Source of the DNA: Escherichia phage PNJ-9
Strand: one strand, 5' to 3'
Sequence record: PQ100635.1
Length of the DNA stretch: 64,000 bases
A program made the translations under genes and the position numbers. Every line of letters starts with the position of its first letter. Position 1 is the first letter of the stretch. This document shows, piece after piece, positions 34,578 through 42,901 of this stretch. Below the pieces are notes generated by a model. That model had not been told where the DNA came from and did not search any database. It saw only the letters and a list, made by a program, of their open reading frames with translations.

Positions 34578-34607
34578 GTTTACAACAAGATAGGGCTATG
34601 TTATAGT
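34578..34607 (+). promoter_or_regulatory. T4-type early promoter
   Basis: GTTTAC 34578-34583, 18-nt spacer, TATAGT 34602-34607; ATAGGGCTA/TAGTCCTAT imperfect inverted repeat. Confidence 0.55.
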
Positions 34608-34635
34608 AGTCCTATCAAATTAAATGGAGTCCACA

Positions 34636-34875
34636 ATGATTTATTACGAAAGTGTTGGAACTAAAGTGGTTGCTAAAACCATTACTCGTGAAAAGTTTGC
34701 AAAGATATTCGATATGCGTTATAAAAAATCTGAACACAAAGGCATCCGATTCGAAGATGCGCACTGTACAATTTGTCCTTATAATGAAGACATAAACGGT
34801 ACAATCGTTCCATTGGTAGAGGCTTCACATGACGACCTCTGGGATGAATATAATATCGCATGTCGCGAAATTTAA
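34636..34875 (+). CDS. hypothetical early protein with Cys/His cluster
   Basis: ATG 34636 (SD GGAG 6 nt upstream); contains HCTICPYNED; 79 aa. Confidence 0.45.
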   Translation: MIYYESVGTKVVAKTITREKFAKIFDMRYKKSEHKGIRFEDAHCTICPYNEDINGTIVPLVEASHDDLWDEYNIACREI

Positions 34876-34900
34876 GTAATCTAAATTCGAGGAAATTATT

Positions 34901-35857
34901 ATGATGTTAGTTATTGGTTCTCGTGCACTTCACTATCACAGTCTTATTGATTCTAACGCTATCAAAAATAGTGACTGGGACTTTATTGCAGACCAAGGTT
35001 CTTGGAATGCATTCAAAAATCAAATGATGGGTGTATATGTTCATCAAGATAACCCTGATGTCCAAGTTTTCAAATGCTTCCATAATGGACGCGAAACTCA
35101 TTTTGAAGCATATATTGTTCCGGCAATCACTAATGTCCGTGAATTAGTCGGTGAACTCACTCCTGAAGATTTCACGTCTTCTTATGACCTTTTAAAATAC
35201 GCCAAGAAAAATTTGACTAAAGACCGTTTGAACGGGTTTTACTGGGCAACTCCTGAGATATGTCTTGCAATTAAAATGTCTCATCGTTTCAAGAAAAATA
35301 ATCCATTCTTTTTAAAGACTATGAACCATATTCAGTATCTTCGTGGTAAAGGTGTTACACTGAACGATGAACTTACTGAAATTATGCTGAAACGCCAGAA
35401 AGAAACTTTGAACTATGCTCACCCAGTTCTTGACACTTCTAAAAGTGCGTTCTTTAAAGATGACATCTATACATATGACCATGATACTATTCACGAAGCC
35501 ATTGCACTAACAGACCGTCCGGCTTATACGTTTTACATGAAAGACGGTTCTGAAGTCATGACCTCACGCGAGAAGTTCGAATCGTTACCAGAAATGGTCA
35601 AATTGGCCGGCGTATATGAAGAATCATGTGTACTAGCGTTAGAACGTTCTCAGATTCCTAATAACTTTGAAATTAACCCTGAAGCCAGTTTCATGATGGC
35701 ATTAGAAAAAGTCTGCACAAGCATCACCTCCGGTTGGTTCCGTGAGTTCGCTTGGGAAAATTATAGCAAAGTAGTAAGTATGTATCAAAGCTTAGGACAC
35801 GACGATTACGTCAAGCGTTTCAAACAAAATTTTCATATGGTAAAACCTTTCAAATAA
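34901..35857 (+). CDS. hypothetical protein, weak nucleotidyltransferase-like N-terminal signature
   Basis: 318-aa ORF; N-terminus VIGSRALHYHSLIDSNAIKNSDWDFIAD (G-S ... D-x-D, but spacing longer than canonical). Confidence 0.55.
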   Translation: MMLVIGSRALHYHSLIDSNAIKNSDWDFIADQGSWNAFKNQMMGVYVHQDNPDVQVFKCFHNGRETHFEAYIVPAITNVRELVGELTPEDFTSSYDLLKYAKKNLTKDRLNGFYWATPEICLAIKMSHRFKKNNPFFLKTMNHIQYLRGKGVTLNDELTEIMLKRQKETLNYAHPVLDTSKSAFFKDDIYTYDHDTIHEAIALTDRPAYTFYMKDGSEVMTSREKFESLPEMVKLAGVYEESCVLALERSQIPNNFEINPEASFMMALEKVCTSITSGWFREFAWENYSKVVSMYQSLGHDDYVKRFKQNFHMVKPFK

Positions 35858-35869
35858 TTTCACCAAACT

Positions 35870-35899
35870 GTTTACAAGGTCTGTAGTTGTTGATACTAT
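35870..35899 (+). promoter_or_regulatory. T4-type early promoter
   Basis: GTTTAC 35870-35875, 18-nt spacer, TACTAT 35894-35899; GGTCT/AGACC arms. Confidence 0.55.
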
Positions 35900-35936
35900 A
35901 GACCTATCAAAACAAATGAGTGAATGGAGATACAAA

Positions 35937-36137
35937 ATGACTACTTTGAATAAACGTTTCGGTAAAGCTAAACCTGGCTGTGCAGCAGAACGTCGTTACA
36001 TTTTCGCTCAGTTAGAAGATGTAGAGTATCAGATTAATCAAGTTCACATTACTGGCATCGAGCCTATGTGTGGCCTTGAAGCTCTTCGTGAAGTTCGTGA
36101 CGGGTATCGTCGTGATATCGAAGAAATGTCAAAATAA
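35937..36137 (+). CDS. hypothetical early protein
   Basis: 66 aa from ATG 35937 (SD GGAG); basic N-terminus. Confidence 0.45.
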   Translation: MTTLNKRFGKAKPGCAAERRYIFAQLEDVEYQINQVHITGIEPMCGLEALREVRDGYRRDIEEMSK

Positions 36138-36195
36138 GTGTACAAACTGATAGGGCTATGTTATAGTAGTCCTATTAAAACATGAGGAGAATATT

Positions 36196-36501
36196 ATGAA
36201 ATTAACAGAAACCAACCGAATTGGTCTTTTAACAATACTTGCATCACCTTTTTACGCAGCCCTTTCTGTTGCAGTATTACAAAAGGCTTACGATATGGAT
36301 GGTGTTCCTGGTTTTATATTCTTATCGCCGTTTTTGCTATTCGTTGGAGCATTGTTATTATATGCCACGACTGGTTTCGACCATAATGTCTGGGTCAATT
36401 ATAAATGTAAATTGTCTGAAGAAGAACACGCAGAAGCTCGTAAAAAAGCTATTGAATCTACCAATCTAGAAAATTTCATTAAAGAATGTCGAGGAAAATA
36501 A
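36196..36501 (+). CDS. 2-TM membrane protein, FIKECR-tail family member 3
   Basis: 101-aa ORF with two TM helices and C-terminal ESTNLENFIKECRGK. Confidence 0.55.
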   Translation: MKLTETNRIGLLTILASPFYAALSVAVLQKAYDMDGVPGFIFLSPFLLFVGALLLYATTGFDHNVWVNYKCKLSEEEHAEARKKAIESTNLENFIKECRGK

Positions 36502-36502
36502 T

Positions 36503-37189
36503 ATGAATAGTTCTAAAGTGTTTAATAGTCAAGCTCGTGCAGTAGGTGGTTTTGCCGGCGGTATTTCTAATGATAAAATCAAGAACGAGCCTATGTTCTT
36601 CAACTGTAGTTTAGAATTTGCTTATAATAATGGCGGTCCTATTACTCGCTCTTTCATTATGAACTTGCCGGATGATTGGAACACCGACCAGGTTGTATTT
36701 GATTCACGAGTCCACATGCTGATGCCTGGTTGGTATCCTGCTATTCCTGGATATCACCATGATGACGTACCACGCCCAGATATTCCAACAGGACAACATT
36801 TTATTACTGCAGGACAACCTGATTATGACAACCCTCGTTACCATTCTGAACATATTCTTGGTCTTGTTAACGCTGATGTGTGTCCTACTCATTTTGCAAC
36901 AGGAACTGCAGAGTTCAGTCAGATTCCTGATGGCGAACTTATCTATCGCCAGTGGCACAAAGAAGTCCTCGAAAAAATCGAAAAAGGCGAACTAGAGAAA
37001 TGGGAAGCTCCGGACCGTACTCTTCTTCAGTTTGATTGGCAAACATGGCACACTGGTTCTCGTGCAATTAGTAATGGATGGCGGTGGTTCGGACGTGTAT
37101 CTCGTAATACAGACCGAGTTAAAAAGATTACCAATGAAATTCGTGTCAACGCCCAAGTTTATCTGGAATTCCCTATGGAAGGCTGGTAA
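36503..37189 (+). CDS. hypothetical early protein
   Basis: 228-aa ORF, Trp/His-rich (GWRWFGRVSR); no recognisable motif. Confidence 0.55.
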   Translation: MNSSKVFNSQARAVGGFAGGISNDKIKNEPMFFNCSLEFAYNNGGPITRSFIMNLPDDWNTDQVVFDSRVHMLMPGWYPAIPGYHHDDVPRPDIPTGQHFITAGQPDYDNPRYHSEHILGLVNADVCPTHFATGTAEFSQIPDGELIYRQWHKEVLEKIEKGELEKWEAPDRTLLQFDWQTWHTGSRAISNGWRWFGRVSRNTDRVKKITNEIRVNAQVYLEFPMEGW

Positions 37190-37668
37190 TGATTAACAAT
37201 AATATAGACGATGGCAATGAAGGTATTTCATACTATTCAGTAGATTGGACAGGATGTCCATCCTACTTAGTGAAACATATTTGCCAAGAATTTAAAATCG
37301 ACCAGCCAGCAGGTATTATCGTGAACAGATACATTAATGGATATCAACCTATCGATGAAGTAATACGAACAACTCAAGCTGAGCTTGAAAAGTTTTTCAA
37401 TAAGTGCCAATGGATAACAGGATGGATTATATTTGTACCGTCAGTGTGGTTTTTTAGTACTAAGGTGAGTTCTTTCGGTTTTGTTGATATTATTGCTATC
37501 TTATTAGCATCTAGTATCATAAGTGTTGTTGGTGGCATCATTGGCGGCGGTACCGCCGCCATCATTATTAATCTTGTTAAAAGTAGTTTACAGGAACGTA
37601 AAGACAAGATAAAGGCCAAGAATAATGAAGTTGAACGTTTTATTACCGAATGCAGGAATTTGAGATGA
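37189..37668 (+). CDS. 2-TM membrane protein, FIKECR-tail family member 4
   Basis: 159-aa ORF with hydrophobic helices (Gly-rich IISVVGGIIGGGTAAIIINLV) and C-terminal NNEVERFITECRNLR. Confidence 0.55.
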   Translation: MINNNIDDGNEGISYYSVDWTGCPSYLVKHICQEFKIDQPAGIIVNRYINGYQPIDEVIRTTQAELEKFFNKCQWITGWIIFVPSVWFFSTKVSSFGFVDIIAILLASSIISVVGGIIGGGTAAIIINLVKSSLQERKDKIKAKNNEVERFITECRNLR

Positions 37669-37901
37669 GTATAGCAATTTACATTAAATCGGAATCGTGT
37701 GATAGTTATCTGTACACATACGATAAAGATGTGTCAGAAGAAAAAATCAAAGACGACCTTAATATGGACCTTGATATGTTCCGTCCTATTGCAGATTACA
37801 AACTTGCGGTCTCTAATAGTGAAAGTCCATCTAAAGAAACGCGCATTGAAGAATTTATGTCCGAATTAATGGCCAAATCATGGGACCGAGATGATGAGTA
37901 A
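37665..37901 (+). CDS. hypothetical acidic early protein
   Basis: ATG 37665 (MSIAIYIKSES...), 78 aa, overlaps both neighbours. Confidence 0.45.
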   Translation: MSIAIYIKSESCDSYLYTYDKDVSEEKIKDDLNMDLDMFRPIADYKLAVSNSESPSKETRIEEFMSELMAKSWDRDDE

Positions 37902-38349
37902 GAAAAATAAAGTGAAAGAACTATCAGCAGGTATTATTTTCCTTACCGAAGATAAAGAATTATTCATGGGGCGTGTAACTGGTTCTCGTCCTAAAGGTGC
38001 ATTAGCTCATCGGTGGGATATTCCTAAAGGTCGTGTCGAGCCCGGTGAATCTCCTATCGAAGCCGCTATTCGTGAATGCGAAGAAGAAACTGGGTTTACA
38101 CAATATGACCCTGCCTTCCTGAAAGACCTAGGTGAACATCATTACTCAGACAATAAGAATATTCATCTGTTCCTATATACCATCCCTGTAGAGCACGAGC
38201 AATTCAGAAACAGTGTTTGTAATTCCTATCATACGTTCCCAGACGGACGACAGATTCCTGAATTTGATGCATTCGCTTTAATTAAACCTTCTCAGTGGGA
38301 ATATGTAATGGGCAAATCATTATATAAGGTGCTCACTACCATCCTATAA
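37891..38349 (+). CDS. nudE: Nudix hydrolase NudE
   Basis: 152-aa ORF with Nudix box GRVEPGESPIEAAIRECEEETG; immediately upstream of lysozyme e as in T4. Confidence 0.85.
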   Translation: MMSKKNKVKELSAGIIFLTEDKELFMGRVTGSRPKGALAHRWDIPKGRVEPGESPIEAAIRECEEETGFTQYDPAFLKDLGEHHYSDNKNIHLFLYTIPVEHEQFRNSVCNSYHTFPDGRQIPEFDAFALIKPSQWEYVMGKSLYKVLTTIL

Positions 38350-38351
38350 GT

Positions 38352-38383
38352 AATAAATACCTCCTATAAACGTGGGAGGTATT
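38352..38383 (+). promoter_or_regulatory. late-promoter-like element plus SD-sequestering hairpin upstream of e
   Basis: AATAAATA at 38352-38359 (7/8 of TATAAATA) and 9-bp stem AATACCTCC / GGAGGTATT (38356-38364 with 38375-38383) whose downstream arm is the e SD. Confidence 0.55.
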
Positions 38384-38872
38384 ATGAATATATTTGAAAT
38401 GCTTCGTAATGACGAAGGTCTTAGACTGACTTTATACAAAGACACTGAAGGCTTTTGGACAATTGGCATAGGTCATTTAGTAACAAAGAACCCGTCTTTA
38501 GCTGTAGCTAAAGCTGAACTTGACAGAATGATCGGGCGTAAATGCAACGGTACAATTACCCTTGATGAGGCTGAAAAGTTATTTAATGAAGACGTTGATA
38601 AAGCTGTTCGCGGAATCTTGGGTAATGCTAAACTTAAACCGGTATATGATTCTTTAGATGCGGTTCGTCGATGTGCATTGGTCAATATGGTCTTCCAAAT
38701 GGGTGTAGCAGGCGTCGCTGGTTTTACTAATTCTCTTCGTATGCTTCAACAGAAACGTTGGGATGAAGCGGCAGTAAATCTAGCACAATCTAAATGGTAT
38801 CGTCAGACACCTAATCGCGCGAAACGCGTAATCTCAACATTTAAAACAGGAACTTGGAAAGCGTATATATGA
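38384..38872 (+). CDS. e: endolysin (T4 lysozyme)
   Basis: [32 protein letters not shown]...; near-identical to T4 lysozyme as recalled; 162 aa from ATG 38384. Confidence 0.95.
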   Translation: MNIFEMLRNDEGLRLTLYKDTEGFWTIGIGHLVTKNPSLAVAKAELDRMIGRKCNGTITLDEAEKLFNEDVDKAVRGILGNAKLKPVYDSLDAVRRCALVNMVFQMGVAGVAGFTNSLRMLQQKRWDEAAVNLAQSKWYRQTPNRAKRVISTFKTGTWKAYI

Positions 38873-39150
38873 AAACATATAGCGAATTTTTATCAGAATC
38901 TATTCTTAACGAAGCTACTGACACATTTGCAACTAAGCTAGGTGCAGCTTTGGTTGAAGCTGAAAGTCTATTAGCACGTATTTCTGAACTTGCTAGTAAG
39001 ATAGATACTCGCAAATTTGAACGTACCAGCGATATCGTTAAGCTTGAAGCCTTGTTGCGTATGTGCGATAAACCGGAAGAAATCGCTAAGAACGGCTCGC
39101 TGATGAAACAACGTCTTGAAAAATATATTTCAGGCGCTTCAGAAAAATAG
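38869..39150 (+). CDS. internal-protein-like capsid-targeted protein
   Basis: 93 aa beginning [10 protein letters not shown] (capsid targeting sequence); ATG overlaps the e stop (ATGA). Confidence 0.6.
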   Translation: MKTYSEFLSESILNEATDTFATKLGAALVEAESLLARISELASKIDTRKFERTSDIVKLEALLRMCDKPEEIAKNGSLMKQRLEKYISGASEK

Positions 39151-39151
39151 T

Positions 39152-39205
39152 GTTTACTTCCTCCAAGGACTTTGATACTATACATTCATCAACTACTTGG
39201 AGGAA
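39152..39205 (+). promoter_or_regulatory. T4-type early promoter with 10-bp inverted repeat sequestering the denV SD
   Basis: GTTTAC 39152-39157, TACTAT 39176-39181; arms TTCCTCCAAG (39158-39167) and CTTGGAGGAA (39196-39205); SD GGAGGA lies in the downstream arm. Confidence 0.55.
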
Positions 39206-39208
39206 ATT

Positions 39209-39622
39209 ATGACCCGTATCAATTTAACACTTGTTTCTGAACTGACCGACCAACATCTTATGGCTGAGTATCGTGAATTACCACGCGTATTTGGTGCAGT
39301 CCGTAAACATGTTCAAAACGGTAAACGTGTAAAGGATTTTAAAATCTCTCCAACATTTATCTTAGGCACAGGTCATGTAACATTCTTTTACGACAAACTC
39401 GAATTTTTACGTTTACGTCAAATCGAGCTAATCGCCGAATGCTTGAAACGTGGTTTCAAAATCAAGGACACGACTGTCCAAGATATTTCCGACATCCCTG
39501 CCGAATTTCGTAATAATTATGTCCCGTCCGAAGCGTCCATTGCGATAAGTCAAGCACGCTTAGATGAAAAAATTGCTCAGCGCCCGACTTGGTACAAATA
39601 CTATGGTAAATCAATTTACTAA
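39209..39622 (+). CDS. denV: endonuclease V (pyrimidine-dimer DNA glycosylase)
   Basis: [34 protein letters not shown]...; near-identical to T4 DenV as recalled; 137 aa from ATG 39209. Confidence 0.95.
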   Translation: MTRINLTLVSELTDQHLMAEYRELPRVFGAVRKHVQNGKRVKDFKISPTFILGTGHVTFFYDKLEFLRLRQIELIAECLKRGFKIKDTTVQDISDIPAEFRNNYVPSEASIAISQARLDEKIAQRPTWYKYYGKSIY

Positions 39623-39628
39623 GGAAAA

Positions 39629-39889
39629 ATGAAAATGTATCAAGAATTTATCGCTGAAGCAGATGCCAAAGGTCATAAATTTAAAGTTAAAGCTTTCATT
39701 GGTGATGCGGAAGACTTTGGCTCATTAAAACGTAATGGGTATTTTTTCTTAGGTGGCGATGGTAAAGAAATCAACACCTATGCAAAACGTAGTGAAATTG
39801 CTTATGTTGTAGCAAGCCCTAAAGTAGATGTTGACGATATTGGATACGATTTTAACAACTTCGGAATTATTTCTGGCGGTAAAGCTTAA
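39629..39889 (+). CDS. internal-protein-like capsid-targeted protein
   Basis: 86 aa beginning MKMYQEFIAE. Confidence 0.6.
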   Translation: MKMYQEFIAEADAKGHKFKVKAFIGDAEDFGSLKRNGYFFLGGDGKEINTYAKRSEIAYVVASPKVDVDDIGYDFNNFGIISGGKA

Positions 39890-39892
39890 ACG

Positions 39893-39922
39893 GTTTACGC
39901 TTAAGTATTAATATGGTATAAT
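39893..39922 (+). promoter_or_regulatory. T4-type early promoter
   Basis: GTTTAC 39893-39898, 18-nt spacer, TATAAT 39917-39922. Confidence 0.55.
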
Positions 39923-39952
39923 TACTCTATCAAAACAAACAAGGAAACAAAA

Positions 39953-40255
39953 ATGAAAACTTATCAAGAATTTATCACCGAAGCGCGAGTAAGTGCAGGT
40001 AAATTAGAAGCCGCTATAAATAAAAAGGCCCATTCATTTCATGATTTGTCCGATAAAGACCGTAAGAAACTTGTAAGCCTTTATATTGACAAAGAGCGTA
40101 TTCTCGCTCTTCCTGGCGCTAATGAAGGTAAACAGGCCAAGCCTTTGAATGCTGTCGAAAAGAAAATTGATAACTTTGCTTCTAAATTCGGTATGTCTAT
40201 GGATGACCTTCAGCAAGCGGCTATCGAAGCAGCTAAAGTAATTAAAGGTAAATAA
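39953..40255 (+). CDS. internal protein (IPII/IPIII-like)
   Basis: 100 aa beginning MKTYQEFITEARVSAGKLEAA; resembles T4 internal proteins as recalled. Confidence 0.6.
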   Translation: MKTYQEFITEARVSAGKLEAAINKKAHSFHDLSDKDRKKLVSLYIDKERILALPGANEGKQAKPLNAVEKKIDNFASKFGMSMDDLQQAAIEAAKVIKGK

Positions 40256-40368
40256 CAGTTTACTTTCTCCTAGAATTGTGATAGTATATTCATAATTACT
40301 TGGAGTGGTAAATACAGAAATGGACAATTCATAGGTCATTCCATAGCCCCAACCTTAAGAGAAACTAA

Positions 40369-40698
40369 ATGAAAACATATCAAGAGTTTATCACTGAAGT
40401 TACATTATCTGCGGAACAGAAAGCTGCTATCGAAGAAGCTAAAAATCCCAAAGTAACATATAAAGTAAATAGTAAAGGCGTTTTTGATGGCTTGGTTCAA
40501 GACCCTGAATTGAAAAAAGCTCTTTCTAAAACTAATGCGTACTTTGCTCCTAAATTTAACACAGCCGGCGTACTTATTGGATTGGATGTATTCAACTCTA
40601 AAGGTGTTCTATCTAATGCCTTTGGTTATGCCGCTAACAAAATTACCAAAGCCGCATGGGAATCCAATACCAAACAAGCTCAAAAGCCTAGAGTATAA
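40369..40698 (+). CDS. internal-protein-like capsid-targeted protein
   Basis: 109 aa beginning MKTYQEFITEVTLSAEQ. Confidence 0.6.
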   Translation: MKTYQEFITEVTLSAEQKAAIEEAKNPKVTYKVNSKGVFDGLVQDPELKKALSKTNAYFAPKFNTAGVLIGLDVFNSKGVLSNAFGYAANKITKAAWESNTKQAQKPRV

Positions 40699-40872
40699 TT
40701 CTTGCCTAATAAAGGGAAACGCAACCTCTCCTTATGAACGTCGAGTCCTCTGAGTGATGTACCTTTTCCAACCTGTAATAAGGTCGAGCCCAAGTGCGGT
40801 AATGGGTTTACATAGCGAGTCGAAGGACCTAACATGTGCCACGGAATGGCCCCAAACCTTAAGAGAAATAAT

Positions 40873-41412
40873 ATGAGAACATTTTTAACTGGACCTTATC
40901 TATCCCTGATGAATGCTTTTACACACCATTCTGATGCTAGAGTAGAAGAAATTTGTAAGAACGGTTATGTCCCACCATTTGAAGACGTACTCAAGCAGTA
41001 CTGTACACTTCGTTTAGACGGTGGCAGACAATCAGGTAAATCGACCGCAGTAACTAATTTTGCTGCTAATTGGCTGTATGACGGTGGAACAGTTATTGTT
41101 CTTTCTAATACTTCAGCTTATGCTAAAATTTCTGCTGGCAACATTGAAAAAGAATTTTCTCGTTATTCTAGCGACGATATTCGATTCCGTTTATTTACTG
41201 ATTCTGTCCGTAGTTTTATTGGCAATGAAGGTTCTAAATTCCGTGGATTAACGCTTTCTCGTATTCTGTATATAATTGACGAGCCTATTAAAGCTCCTGA
41301 TATGGATAAGATTTACAACATACATATTAAAACAGTCCAACACTGTTGCAAAAGCAAATATTGCATCGGCGGTATTGCTCGTCCTCAATTTTTTGTGATT
41401 GGAATGCAATGA
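40873..41412 (+). CDS. P-loop NTPase of unknown function
   Basis: 179 aa from ATG 40873; Walker A GGRQSGKST and Walker B-like ILYIIDEP. Confidence 0.55.
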   Translation: MRTFLTGPYLSLMNAFTHHSDARVEEICKNGYVPPFEDVLKQYCTLRLDGGRQSGKSTAVTNFAANWLYDGGTVIVLSNTSAYAKISAGNIEKEFSRYSSDDIRFRLFTDSVRSFIGNEGSKFRGLTLSRILYIIDEPIKAPDMDKIYNIHIKTVQHCCKSKYCIGGIARPQFFVIGMQ

Positions 41413-41717
41413 TGACCACTATTGAAGTTTTTGAGTATTGTTATAACAGCCCAGTATGCAATAAAAGGGCTCTTGTAGAAAATTACGAGATTTACCATTT
41501 TAAACCTAAACGATATCGTTTGACTAAAGGTCCGTTCGCAGGGCAGCAGGTTCTTTGTACTGCTCCTAATGCACGGTTGATGACTAGTATTCCGCATTTC
41601 AAAATGGAATTTACTGATGGGCCATTTAAGGGATTAATCACTCAAAGTTTAATGGCGTTTAATTCCGACCCATTTTTGATTAAAGAAAAATCTTGGATAA
41701 ATTTATTTTCTAATTGA
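41409..41717 (+). CDS. hypothetical protein
   Basis: 102 aa from ATGATG overlapping the P-loop gene stop (translational coupling). Confidence 0.5.
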   Translation: MMTTIEVFEYCYNSPVCNKRALVENYEIYHFKPKRYRLTKGPFAGQQVLCTAPNARLMTSIPHFKMEFTDGPFKGLITQSLMAFNSDPFLIKEKSWINLFSN

Positions 41718-41723
41718 GGTTAT

Positions 41724-42086
41724 ATGAAAGCATATCAAATTCTTGAAGGTGAACATAAAGGCACTATTTATTTTGAAGACGGTACTCAAGCCCGGATTAT
41801 TGTCTCTAAGACTTTTAAAGAAGACGCTATTGTAGATCCAGAAATTTTCTACGGTTTGAATGCTCGTGAAATTGAAATTGAACATCAACCTAAAGTTAAA
41901 ATTGAAGGTGGTCAGCACCTGAACGTTAACGTTCTGCGTCGTGAAACTCTGGAAGATGCAGTTAAGCATCCGGAAAAATATCCGCAGCTGACCATCCGTG
42001 TATCCGGATATGCAGTTCGCTTTAACTCTCTGACTCCGGAACAGCAGCGCGACGTTATCGCTCGTACCTTTACTGAGAGTCTATAA
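41724..42086 (+). CDS. autonomous glycyl-radical cofactor (GrcA/YfiD-like)
   Basis: 120-aa ORF whose C-terminal half [63 protein letters not shown] carries the RVSGY glycyl-radical motif and matches E. coli GrcA as recalled. Confidence 0.85.
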   Translation: MKAYQILEGEHKGTIYFEDGTQARIIVSKTFKEDAIVDPEIFYGLNAREIEIEHQPKVKIEGGQHLNVNVLRRETLEDAVKHPEKYPQLTIRVSGYAVRFNSLTPEQQRDVIARTFTESL

Positions 42087-42310
42087 TGGCTAAATTGATT
42101 ATAGAAGGGTCTGAAGATGTTTTAAAATGTTTTGCCGCCTGGTTTAGTTGCTCAGGCGAGCAATCATTCATTGAAGCATTTAGAATGGGTGATATTACTG
42201 GAAACTATCCGGCAACTGATATCACTGTACGTGGATATGGTATTAATGAGCCTATCCAATTGGTCGAATATGACCTTGCCACCGATGAGGAAATTCCTTA
42301 TGTCGATTGA
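42086..42310 (+). CDS. hypothetical protein
   Basis: 74-aa ORF overlapping the GrcA stop (TAATG). Confidence 0.5.
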   Translation: MAKLIIEGSEDVLKCFAAWFSCSGEQSFIEAFRMGDITGNYPATDITVRGYGINEPIQLVEYDLATDEEIPYVD

Positions 42311-42545
42311 AGACATCAAAGGCTACAAGCCACATACCGATGATAAAATCAGTAAAGTGAACGCTATTAAAGACGCAGAAGTTCGTTTAGGACTTATTCT
42401 GGACGCCCTGGCAGAAGAAGCATTATCAGCAAATACTCCTGAAGCTCTGACGGCTTTGTCCCAATTGAACTGTGCTAAAGAACGCCTAAAGGAAGCTAGT
42501 ATGTGGGCTTGTCGTGCGGTATTTCGACCAGAGGAAAAATACTAA
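42300..42545 (+). CDS. hypothetical protein
   Basis: 81 aa from ATG 42300 overlapping the previous stop. Confidence 0.45.
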   Translation: MSIEDIKGYKPHTDDKISKVNAIKDAEVRLGLILDALAEEALSANTPEALTALSQLNCAKERLKEASMWACRAVFRPEEKY

Positions 42546-42844
42546 TGGCTCAAATCCTATCAGGCTTTGGAACTCATTATGAAGCATCTCGACGCATAAC
42601 TGAAAGCAATCCTTTTGGCCTTGTTCCGAAGCACAAGAAAATTCAAAGCCTTGATGACTTTGAGAATCGCCTATGGGCCCTCTTTAATGAGTACAAGGCA
42701 TATCTGAAAGAAGACGCTGACGATTGTCTTGAAGAAGATGAGATTGCGTATTACGAACAACGCCTTGAACAGCTCAAGAACTTCCACCAGGTTCGTGACG
42801 AAGTATCTAAAGCAGTTAAAAAGTTAATTCCTTTCAAAGAGTAG
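42545..42844 (+). CDS. hypothetical protein
   Basis: 99 aa from ATG 42545 ([21 protein letters not shown]...). Confidence 0.45.
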   Translation: MAQILSGFGTHYEASRRITESNPFGLVPKHKKIQSLDDFENRLWALFNEYKAYLKEDADDCLEEDEIAYYEQRLEQLKNFHQVRDEVSKAVKKLIPFKE

Positions 42845-42893
42845 TTTACTTCTCCTCTAGTTGTGTTACTATAGACCTGTCAACTAGAGGAGA
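42844..42893 (+). promoter_or_regulatory. T4-type early promoter with 13-bp perfect inverted repeat sequestering the regB SD
   Basis: GTTTAC 42844-42849, 17-nt spacer, TACTAT 42867-42872; arms TCTCCTCTAGTTG (42851-42863) and CAACTAGAGGAGA (42881-42893); SD GAGGAG in the downstream arm. Confidence 0.6.
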
Positions 42894-42901
42894 AATCAAA
42901 A

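Noticed and set aside
40700-40840. Possible small RNA or intron remnant in the 170-nt gap before the P-loop gene
   Set aside because: It contains a GTTTAC motif and short stems but no convincing conserved structure; most simply a promoter-bearing spacer.
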